From Candidatus Omnitrophota bacterium (GTDB lineage: Bacteria > Omnitrophota > Gorgyraeia > Duberdicusellales > 4484-171), in assembly GCA_024231025.1 (NCBI GenBank), contig JAAEQW010000120.1:2324-66323 (forward strand): 64,000 bases of DNA, in the 5' to 3' direction. Of the stretch, positions 1 through 10,600 are shown in pieces. Under the pieces are notes generated by a model, which worked only from the letters and a program-made list of their open reading frames with translations, made no database searches and was not told the DNA's origin. Position 1 is the stretch's first letter. Each line of letters opens with the position of its first letter. The translations under genes and the position numbers were made by a program.

Positions 1-477
1 ATGAATGTTATGCTCAGCCATGCTCTCTATAAAGCAAACTTTAACAAAGAAGGCCACAAAGTAATAAACTCTATATATAAAATGGCAATAAACGAAAAAG
101 GGCAAATATACCCTACTCTTCCTGAATATTTTAACGGACAAGGCAAGGGGTTGTATCTTTATCTTACCGGATCAGCAAGTTGGTACATCTATACGTTACT
201 TGAAGAAGTGTTAGGCGTTAAATCTAATTTGGGTGATCTTGTTATTGAGCCAAAACTCGGTCCCTGGAATTTTACAACAAGGCAGATAAACACAAGTCTT
301 AATCTAAACGGCAAAAATATAGAAATAACTTTCATTGCTAAGAAAAAAGGAACTTGTGCTTATAAAATTGATAGCGTGGTCTTAAATGAACAGGAAATGA
401 TTTCAGCAAATAATAAATGCCTTATTGAGCAACAGGCATTAACTAAACACTCTCAAATTAAGATTTATCTTCACTAA
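1..477 (+). CDS. Glycoside phosphorylase C-terminal fragment (GH94/GH161-like), truncated at window start
   Basis: Motif PEYFN..GKGLYLYLTGSASW followed by LGVK...LVIEPKL and a beta-sandwich tail; this is typical of the C-terminus of cellobiose/beta-glucan phosphorylases. Confidence 0.75.
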   Translation: MNVMLSHALYKANFNKEGHKVINSIYKMAINEKGQIYPTLPEYFNGQGKGLYLYLTGSASWYIYTLLEEVLGVKSNLGDLVIEPKLGPWNFTTRQINTSLNLNGKNIEITFIAKKKGTCAYKIDSVVLNEQEMISANNKCLIEQQALTKHSQIKIYLH

Positions 478-520
478 CCCTGCATCGCGTAGACACAGAT
501 AAGTTTAAGTGAAACAAGAA

Positions 521-536
521 AGACCTGACCCCTTTT
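521..536. repeat. Solitary copy of the transposase-associated GGGGTCA(A/G)RTCT end motif
   Basis: agacctgacccctttt matches agacttgacccctttt (31742-31757) at 15/16 positions. Confidence 0.6.
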
Positions 537-756
537 ATACTTGCTCAACGCTTTTGATTTCGGGGATTGCTTCTTTTAATCTTTTCTCGATTCCCATCTT
601 TAGAGTATATGTGCTCATTGGGCATCCGCCGCAAGCGCCAGTCAAGCGAACTTTAACTATGCCGTCATCGCTAACGTCTACTAGCTCTACGTCTCCGCCA
701 TCGGCTTGCAGCATCGGTCTAACTTCCTCTAATGTCTTTTCTACTCTTTCACGCAT
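535..756 (-). CDS. NifU C-terminal domain / NfuA-like Fe-S cluster carrier
   Basis: [15 protein letters not shown] and [11 protein letters not shown] (CxxC) signature; AGGAGG RBS upstream. Confidence 0.95.
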   Translation of the reverse strand: MRERVEKTLEEVRPMLQADGGDVELVDVSDDGIVKVRLTGACGGCPMSTYTLKMGIEKRLKEAIPEIKSVEQV

Positions 757-791
757 GATTCACCTCCTGGTATAATTTTATTTATTGTCAA

Positions 792-908
792 AATTTCCAA
801 ATTCCAAACATCAAATTACAATAACCAAATACCCAATCTCTCAAACAGTTTCGGTCATTTAGTAATTTGTAATTGGACATTGTTTGCGATTTATAATTTG
901 TGATTTTT
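792..908. repeat. Inverted array of degenerate 7-nt repeats (long imperfect hairpin)
   Basis: Left arm aatttcc/aaattcc/aaacatc/aaattac/aataacc/aaatacc; right arm gtcattt/agtaatt/tgtaatt/ggacatt...gtgattt, roughly complementary to the left arm. Confidence 0.75.
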
Positions 909-928
909 CATAATATCTACTGCCTCTA

Positions 929-957
929 AATTTAACCCTTTATTTAGCTATTGTCAA
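929..957 (-). promoter_or_regulatory. Putative sigma70 promoter for the nifU-like gene
   Basis: Minus strand TTGACA-17 nt-TAAATT. Confidence 0.55.
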
Positions 958-980
958 GAAACTTACCAATCTGGTACAAT
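951..980 (+). promoter_or_regulatory. Putative sigma70 promoter for cinA/pncC (probably leaderless transcript)
   Basis: TTGTCA-18 nt-TACAAT with extended -10 TG; 7 nt separate the -10 box from the ATG at 988 and there is no Shine-Dalgarno. Confidence 0.55.
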
Positions 981-987
981 AGCCTAT

Positions 988-1461
988 ATGGATAAGATAA
1001 AAGAGCTGGTGAAAACTTTTCAAAAAAAGAAACTTACTCTATCTGTGGCTGAAAGCTGCTCCGGAGGGTATGTGTCTTATTTGTTAACAAAAGTTTCGGG
1101 GAGTTCTGATTTTTTCAAAGGTGGAGTTATTGTTTACTCGCTGGAGTCTAAAAATAAGTTCTTTAAAATACCCTTTGCTCTATTAAGAAAAACTCAAGGT
1201 GTGTCCGATGAGGTTGCGTCTCTTTTGGCAAAACGAGTCAAGGGACTGCTTAACTCTGATATGGGAGCATCAATCGTTGGTTTTGCCGGACCCAAAGGCC
1301 AAAAAGTTGGCACTATCTATTTATCTGTGAGTTACAAAAAAACAGTAACTAAAAAACTCACGCTTAAAGGCGGTCGAGATTTAATAAGAAAACAAGCCAG
1401 TAGCGCACTAATTAACTTGATCCTGGGAGAAATAAAAAATGCTGACCTTCCTCACCGATAA
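988..1461 (+). CDS. pncC: CinA C-terminal domain / nicotinamide mononucleotide deamidase PncC-like
   Basis: LSVAESCSGG, GSSDFFKGGVIVYS and GFAGP motifs. Confidence 0.85.
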   Translation: MDKIKELVKTFQKKKLTLSVAESCSGGYVSYLLTKVSGSSDFFKGGVIVYSLESKNKFFKIPFALLRKTQGVSDEVASLLAKRVKGLLNSDMGASIVGFAGPKGQKVGTIYLSVSYKKTVTKKLTLKGGRDLIRKQASSALINLILGEIKNADLPHR

Positions 1462-1661
1462 AAAAATCCAACATAAATCATAAAAATTCCCGCAACAAAA
1501 TAAAATATACCTGTAGCCAAGCGATGGCTTTGCAATGTAGCTGAAATATCAATGACTACCTCTCTGCCCATTGCATCCAAGTAAGCGATAAAGTTGGGGA
1601 AAAAAATGAAAAACACAGCGAAAATTAAAGCAACTACTCCAATTATTCCAATGATAAACAT
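1452..1661 (-). CDS. Small two-TM membrane protein (~69 aa), immediately downstream of the giant gene
   Basis: Two hydrophobic segments; AAGGAGGG RBS before the ATG at 1661, 10 nt after the giant gene stop. Confidence 0.7.
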   Translation of the reverse strand: MFIIGIIGVVALIFAVFFIFFPNFIAYLDAMGREVVIDISATLQSHRLATGIFYFVAGIFMIYVGFFYR

Positions 1662-1671
1662 ACTCCCTCCT

Positions 1672-4600
1672 TTATTGAACGGTGATTGTTGGAGAATCGC
1701 CGCTGATTGCTCCATCATCAACCGTTATGGTTACTGTTTGTCCAATGAGCGCGCCAACTGGAATTACAAATTGAAATGCTCCTTCAGCACTACCCATATC
1801 AACCGTTGCATCATCTATGCCGGTAACTGTTCCGCCAAAAGTTACATCGCTTGAATCACTAGGCACTGCGGTCCTGTTTACCGCGTTAGTTCCTGACAAA
1901 TAGCCACAAGCGTTTTTATGGTAAACCACAACTGAAACCGTCTCCCCTGCTAGAGGGGTTAACGTTGCCGGCTGAACTTCATACCAATCCTGACCAGAAA
2001 TCGCCCCGCCTTGATAATCAACAGAAGGCACATCACCGCTAACAGTTGTCATGCCACTAATGTAATTATTGTCCTTGTCTTTAATCCCACCGGTACCGTT
2101 ATCGTCTCCTCTAACATCTAAGTTAAAAGTTCCACCTAAGGTTAACGGGTTAGAAAGGTGCAGCGTTACGTTGTCTTCATACCAACAAACGGTATGGATA
2201 TCGCCTATGCCATTGTAATTATCTTTGTTTTGCGCGTTATCCGAATCGATATCCTCATCAAAGTAAACATGAACGAGGTATGGTGTTTCAGCCACTGCTT
2301 CTAAAACTTCCGGCGGATTAGTATCGCTTGATTGAAAACTAACTGTTATTTCAGCGCTTTTGATTGTTGCATCACCTGCATCCTCTAATTGGAATTTTAC
2401 ATTTTCAACTTGAGAATTTTCTAAAGCAAATTCGCCTATTCCATCAACGAAAGTGATTGAACTAGGGTCAACATAGCTACTGGAATCGTTTGTACTTTCC
2501 GAAAGAATGTTAACGTTCACCGTAGCGTTGTACCCACCAAGCCTTACCCCTGAGGCATCATTACCAGAGTAAGCAGTAAACCTTATCCTTGTTCCGGCTA
2601 CTTGATAACCACTGCTAAACGAAGCGCCAGAATAAACATAAAGTTTATCGACACCTAAAAAGTTAACATTTTCGGCAACATCACCTACGCCACTGACCGA
2701 GAATATAATATTCACTTCTTCCGCTTCGCTGTTTTCTAAGGTGAGTAATATTTCCCCGTTATCTCCACCGGCACCAGTAAATGAATAACTCCCCGCCACA
2801 ACACTACCACCTTTCCTTAAAACCGCACTGCCATTACTATTTTCCTCGCTTACGGTAATGTTTACTATACCGGCATAATCGGTAACAAGATTGCCTTGAT
2901 TATCAATTGCGCTTAGCCAAATTTGACCCTGTTGGTTGGTGCTAACTGCACCTGGCCCCTGACTAACAAGAGCATCAATAGCCGCACCGGTAACAGAAGT
3001 AAGGGCAACATTTAAAGTTCTCTCAGCTGAAGCATTGGTTCCCACCTCAACACTTACTGTAATTGTTTCTGGCTCAAGAGAATCCACGGTAAAATATCCC
3101 ACTCCATTAAACATCGCAACCTCACCTACACCACCGGTCATTCTGTCTCTCACCGAAAGAAGCCAGCTATTTTGCATACGACTAGAGCTTTCAATTACAT
3201 CAACAATAATTGAATCAGCAAAATTAGTTGCGACTATTGTTTCACCTGCATTCTGCCAAGCCGTAAGTTTAACCATTACCGGATCACCCACCGAAGAAGA
3301 AGCTGATCCTACTGCTGTAATGCCGACATGATCAACTCCAGTTGCTGGTGGAGTTTTTGCTGTTAAAATATACGCGTTGGTGTCCTGATTCGGTACTGAA
3401 TCTTCGGCTCTTACCCGAAAATGATATTCGGTATTTGCACTTAAGCCAGTAATGCCATAAGTGCACTCATTATCACTGGCACAATTAACATTAGCTTTGG
3501 TTAAATCAGCTACCGTTGTACCAAGGCTTGAAGTTTCGCCATAGTCAATGTCATAAAGAATCGTTGCATCACTGTCTGTGGCTGCATTCCACTCTAGAGT
3601 AATCGTACCAGCCGCACCAGGAGCATAAGCATGTTTTACACCGGCAAATGTAGGCGCAGCTGTATCTACGGGTAAGGCTCGTGCTGTTTCGCTTGCCTGA
3701 ACTACTCCGTTATCTTCAACGTCTTCGTCATCCGCTGAACGCACCAGAAAATCATAAGTTGTACTAGCCGTCAAACCAGAAACTTGATAAAAGCGCTGAG
3801 CCGTAATTGCATCTGGTGAACTAAAATCAAATGCTCCAGGCGATGCTACCCAATACACATTATAGTGATCAGTAGCCGCATTAGGGTCGCTCCAAACAAG
3901 ATCAACTGTTCCACCGGTACCAGCTATCGGAGTCAAAGAGGTAATCCCCTGGCGGTTTACAGCTATCTGAATTTGCATGCTGTCATAGGCTTCATCATTA
4001 TCGCGGGAACCGTTGCTATTGGTATCATTGTAAAAAATAAGACCGCCTTGATAGGTAACTGCTGATGCTTGCCCGGCTAAAACGGTAACTGCTATTTGAC
4101 GAGTATCGCTAGACTGCCCATCTAAACTAAAAGGCGAAAAATTATTGCTAATGCTGCTACCCGGCATTGCAAACGGCCCAGCGATTAAATCAGTGGCGTC
4201 AATATTAATTTGCATCGTGCTGTCGCTATTATTTTCTATGGTGATATTAACCCCCACCGACGTCTGGTTAGGATCAGCTCCGCCAAGATCAAGTGATTCT
4301 TCCTGAATATTTAAATCTATTCCTGCAGAGCCTGAAGAGCTTACCCCCAATATGATGACAATACCATCAAAAGGTTCACCATCATCGAAAAGTCCATTAC
4401 CGTTAAGATCGCCGTATACTCTCGCGCCTCCTGTGTAAGCGCCTGAAGGTTGGCTAGAAGGCACGCTTACCGTGATCGCTCGGCTAACTGATCCACTCCA
4501 AGGTTCTATGCTGATTGGAACAAATGTTATGTTGTTACTGCTAATCGTATTTACCCCTGAGATAAGATTACTAGGCTCAATTCTCACGACAATTGTTTGC

Positions 4601-7600
4601 GCCATATTATTCATGATGTTGACATTACGCTCAGCGCTAGCGCCGGCATCAACCGTCGCATAATTAAGTGACGCTTCGCCAACCTCTAGATCTCTGTGAC
4701 CTCCACCGCCGGCGGAGCTGACAAAAAGATGAAAGCCAATAGTTTCAAGCGGCTCATCAGTATCTAAGCTACCATTAGAATTAGTATCATTAAACATTGA
4801 CACCATTGTCCCGTACTCTCCGTCAACCGCATTATCAGGAATTACTACCCGCAAACGCCCTATATCGCTGGCACCAACAGCCAAAGAAGAAGGAATGTCA
4901 GCCTCGACGTTAAACCCTGCTACAGCCTCGAAAGATCCCTCACCAGGACCAGTAAACTTATAGAGCTGAATCGTAGTGGTAATAATATTATTTAGAGCTG
5001 TAGTAGCGGTATTCTGTAATGTAAATTCACCCCAAGAAGTGGTTGACCCTGGAGCATAATTCATAAAATCTAAGCCACCATCCCCAGAAATATCTAATCC
5101 TTCGGCACCGAAAAACAAAAAGATTTGCACATTTTCCCAATATTCATCATCATCTCTTATGCCATCATCGTCTTCATCATCATAAAAAGTAATCTCACCG
5201 ACATACTCTCCGGGAGTAACTCCGGTAGAAGGAATGCTAACGCTAGTTGAAATATCAAGCGAACTATTGGCCGCAACAGCATAAGGAGACGCTGGACTAA
5301 GATTAATATTGGAGCTATCAATTTGAGTTATCATATCAGTTGTATTACTCAAATAAGATGATAGTTCAACTTTTATATTAGCTTGGTGTGACGAAAGATT
5401 TTGTAGCGTAATCGTTTTGGTTTCGGTATCTTGACCAACCACAATTTCTTCAAAGTCGAGTTCCGGAGGATGATGAGCACTATCGGATGTTGTAATGTTT
5501 ATGCTCCCTCCAGATGCACCACCAGTTGCGAATGCCTCAACCTCACGAGGAGAATAACTGCTTTCGCTACCATCATTCATTGTGCAAGTCACTGTAATGT
5601 AATAAGGAACACCGGATTGCAAACCACCAATTGTTGTCCGAGTGATTGACGGATCACTGACTATTACAAAATCAGGATAGGTTCTGGAAGAACGACCATA
5701 ATAAATCTTGTACCCATCTACTCCGGAGACATAATCCCAACGAACTATTATTTCGCCAAAATTATAAGTCTGCTCAGTCCAAATGTTATTAGGATAAGGA
5801 ATGTTCGTTCCGGTAAGTTCAAGAAATTCCTCTAAAGTAGTATAACCAAGACCGCCATTAGCATCATAGGCCTTTATTACTGCATAATAAATTTGTCCAT
5901 CGGTAAGATCTGTTAACTGATGCTCTGTGACTTGTCCTACATTTTTGGGTGAGCCTTCACCATTGTAATTGCCCGGTGCCGTGCCATACCATATTTCATA
6001 GTAACTTGCCCAATCAATATAATCCCAACTTACATCCAACGTTCCAGAACCAGCTGAAGCAAGATACGCTTTTGCTTGGAGCATATTGCCAAAATAAATA
6101 TCTCCTAACAACATTCCACGATCATCCTCAGCAGCAATCCGATCTACTGGTTGATAAACCTCATTGGCTGAAATTGTTGTTTCATAAACTGATAGCCCAG
6201 GACCTTGAGGAAACCAAAATTCTCTTCGCTGTCCATCACTAAATTCTAAAACACACTTCGGTGTAAAATAAACTGGACTTGGAAACTCAAAACGCACGCC
6301 TAAATCCTGACCACCAATCGGCGGATCAGGATTAACCATAATATGGACTCCTTGGCTATAGGGACCTCCACTAAAAGGTCTATCGCCCAAGAAACCGCCC
6401 TTATCGTCAAAAGCAGCAATTCGACTGATTGGCGCATTTATTTCACTAGCTGCCACATAAATATCATAAGATGATCGCCCTTCTTCTCCGGTATAAAAAA
6501 ATCGCTTTGCTGTGCCATTATCAAATTCAACTTCAATTTGAGGCTTGAAAAATTCCGACTGAGAAAACTCCAATCTTACATTCAGATCAGCAAACACCAC
6601 CGGCGGATCAGGCATAACCATAATGTTGACACCGTCAGACCCACTATGACTCAATAAAAAATCACCAAGAAACATTCCCCGGTCATCTTCTATTACTACT
6701 CTATGTAAAGGGCCGACCATCTCAGAAGAAGGAATTGTTGCTTCATACATAGAAAGACCAACACCTTGAGGAAACGACAACGCTCTTCGCTGGCCGTCTG
6801 TAAACTCTAAGATTAATTTCGGTACAAAATAAATTGGACTCGGAAAAGACGTTTTTATAATTAAATCCTGCCCGGCAATTGGCGGATTAGGCATAATATC
6901 AATCATTGGGCCACCAACATTCATTGAACCGAATAAGCGTTCGGCAATTAGCGTTCCTTGCTCATCTTTAATTGCTATTCGTTCAATATTTTTGGTTATT
7001 TCCCCACCCGGAATAACCCGCTGATAAATAGTGTCACCAACATCTTGAGGGAATCCATACCCCGTATAACTGCCATCACTGTATTCCACAACTATAATCG
7101 GATGATAATAAGCTGCACTCTCAAGTTCTACCCTAAGATTTAAATCCTGATACGGCATTGGTGGATCAGGATTAACAGTAATCATACCTCCCGTTGGGGC
7201 AGGACCTGACATCTCTAAATTGTCTCTTACTACGCCATAAGGATCCAACAAATCAATACCCACCAAAGGCTTAGTTAAAGGATCAATAAAATCATGAAAT
7301 CTGCTACCCGGTAAATCGCCTTGCATTGTTATTTCTTCAACTACTCCATCCATATAGCGATAACGCAATCTCATTGCCAACGGAGAAACCAACGGAATCT
7401 CTGCGTTAACATCCAACCGCTGACCAACGATCGGCGGATAAGGATTAACTACCAGCCCTTGACCGTCAAAGTTTGTCTGCGCGCCAAACATCCGATCACC
7501 AAGATGCATTCCACCCTCGTCTTCAACATCAATAATTAGCAAGTTCGCATTAAAACGATCCGCACTAAGCATCGCCTTGTATTCTCGCCCCTGACCGGTA

Positions 7601-10600
7601 ACATTCAAAAATTCACGCGCGCCATTGTCGAGACCCGCCACTATTTTCGGCGTGAAGTAAGGCTCATAGTCAAAATGTACAACAATTTCTAAATTACTTC
7701 CGAGTTGCGGCGGATCAGGTATAACATCAATTAGAATTCCCCCCATCATTGGACCACCGGAGCCAAAGAAACGATCGCCTAAGAACATTCCTTTATCGTC
7801 TTGAACTTCAATGCGATGAATCGGACGACGAATATCGGAAGCCGGCAAAGACGTTTCATATCTAGTCTTGCCAGGTGCTTCATGTTGCATATAAATCGGA
7901 AATCTTCCTCCATCATTAAATTCTAGTTCGATTTTTGGCACAAAATAAACTGGACTTGGAAACTCAATTTTTATGTTTAACGGCTGATTTGCAATTGGCG
8001 GATCAGGCATAACATTAATATTTGCCGCAGCACTCATCATTGAACCAGTCGAAAATATTCTATCAACAATAAACATACCTCCACGATCATCTTCAATTGC
8101 TATTCGGTGTAGCGGCCGCATATTTTCAGCGGCTACCACATTTAACTCATACAATCTTGCCCCTGACTCCTGGGAGAACCAAAAATCTTTACGCGTTCCG
8201 TCTTCAAATTCTAAAACTGCTTTAGGCTTGAAATAAACAGGTTCTGGAAACTCAACTTTTATACCTAAATCCTGATGCGGCATTGGCGGATCAGGATTAA
8301 CGATTAAGTTGGCCCCCATTGCGCTACTTGAGCCACCGCCACCAACAAAACGATCAGCAATATGCATACCTCGATCGTCTTCGATAACAACACGCTGCAG
8401 CGGCTCAATAATTTCAACACCACGTAAGGTTATGTAGTAGGCATTATTGCCCGGAGACTGCGGAAAAATTTTCCCATTTCTTGCACCGGATGAAAACTCT
8501 AAAACCACTTTTGGCGTAAATTGAACCGGATAAGGAAAATCAACATGCACAGTCAAGTCCTGGTGCGGCACTGGCATATCCGGTGTCAATTTTATATCGG
8601 CACCATCTACTGGACCAGCGCCAGTGCCAAAAAATCTTTCAGCTAAAATTAATCCGGTTTCATTCTCAACCACCACTCGCTGCAAGTCTTCCTGCATTTG
8701 ATAGGCCGAGGCACTAAACTTATAAACAAATAATCCCGGCTCCTGAGGAAACCTAAATTCTTGACGCGCACCGCTAACAGATTCTAAAATCAATTTGGGT
8801 GTAGTTGGTAGTGGATAAGGGAACTCTACCCTTATCCCCAAAGGTTGATTACGACGCGGCGGATCAGGCATAGTCATAATATTTCCTGTGCCCATTACCG
8901 GTCCTCCTCCAAATGGCTGATCGATTAAAAACATTCCCCGGTCATCCTCAATTACCGCTCGACGAAGCGCACCTTTTATTTGACTACCGTCAATATTCAT
9001 GTAAAAAGTATTTACATTTTTTTGTGGAAAAACAAACTCTTCTCTTCGGCCATCATCATACTCTAGAAATAACTTAACCGCAAAATTAACCATATTAACA
9101 AATTCCAAATTAACATTTATACTGTCTCCGGGAAAAGGATTATGCGGAGTAACTCTAAAATCTCTTACCATTGTTTGCTGAGTTTGATGCATAAATCCGA
9201 CGCTATGCCTTACTGTGCCAAACGGATCAAGTAAATCCAACCCTACCGCTGCTTTCTCTAATTGTCCAATGTGAGCATTAAATCTTCTGCCCGGTAAGCG
9301 TCCATCAAAGGCGTACTCCTTACTGGAACCATCACTATAGATTATGCGCGCTTTTGGCGCTTGTGGAATTAACATTGGAAGCGTAAGCTCTATATCGAGC
9401 GGCTGCCCTTCTATCGGAGGATCAGGCATAATTCTTAAATCAGGTCCGCCGAAATCAGCCCCGCCACCGGATCCACCAAAGAAACGATTACCAATTGGTC
9501 GACCCCGATCATCCTGAACATCAATTGAAACAAGACTTGATTTAACTTTGCTGCCAGGAATAATTACCTTAAAATCTCTCTTTTCGCCAGCAGCAACTAA
9601 AAACTCTCCGTAACCTTCAAATTGCACGCTAACCTGAGGAACAAATGGAATATCCTGCATAAAATGTAAATAAATTTCAAGATCCTTACCAATTTCGCCA
9701 GCGGGTTCAGGATTTATTCCTATGTCTACGCCTCTAGCAACAAACTCTTCTAAATAAGCTACGATTTCTCTGCTTTCGCTAAGCATCTTTCCCTGACCCA
9801 AAGCAAAAACTTTAATAAAATTTGGTACTCCTTTTGGCAAATTAGTAAGCATATAACTTTTTTCAGAAGTTTCCATTGAATTTGCATATCCTCCGGGAGA
9901 ATTACCCCAACTAACGCGATAGCTGTCAGCTCCAGGATAATCACCCCAAATAAGACTAACTGAATCCGGCATTATAATGTCTTGGACATGCAATTCTCTA
10001 CGTAATTGACCGCACACCGATGAGACAATTGGCGAGCGCATAATTTCCTGTTTTCTGGAGTCATAGGCAATAATTTCAAAAGAATATCTTCGGCCCTGCA
10101 TTAATCCCCTTAATTGATGTCGAGATTGACCGCGAATTTCTATTTTCTCCTTTAGATTTTCTCCTTCACCATAAAGTAGCTCATAGAATGATACCCGCGG
10201 CAACCTTTCCCAAAACAGCTCAAAACCATCATTGCCTTGTGGCTTTACATCCAAATACAAACCGGGCATATTGCTTTCTTGCCCAAAATTAATCATTCTT
10301 TGGGTAAGCAACCGCCCTGTGGGATCAAATACGCTTACCGCAATATTATCCAAAGGCGCATCAACAGGAACAACGAATCTACCCATAAACTCCCGTGAAT
10401 ATGGAGATCCAGCCAGAGGAACATCAACAATCTTTCCTGCAAAATCTAAAGCTAAGCGAGGGACAAAAGGAATCTCATTATTAGCCCTAATCATAAGACT
10501 AGCTGTTTCGCCGCTGATTAAATCAGATGTAAGTTCAATATCAAATTCAAGTGAAACGTGACCACCACCGATAAACTCAACCGGCATGCTTACGAAAATA

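Noticed and set aside
509-775. 88-aa plus-strand ORF
   Set aside because: Antisense shadow of the clearly conserved NifU-C gene; no recognisable motif
6080-9730. Periodic nucleotide repeats resembling a CRISPR array or DGR template
   Set aside because: They are in-frame, degenerate coding repeats with ~280-nt period; there are no identical repeat-spacer units and no cas or reverse transcriptase gene
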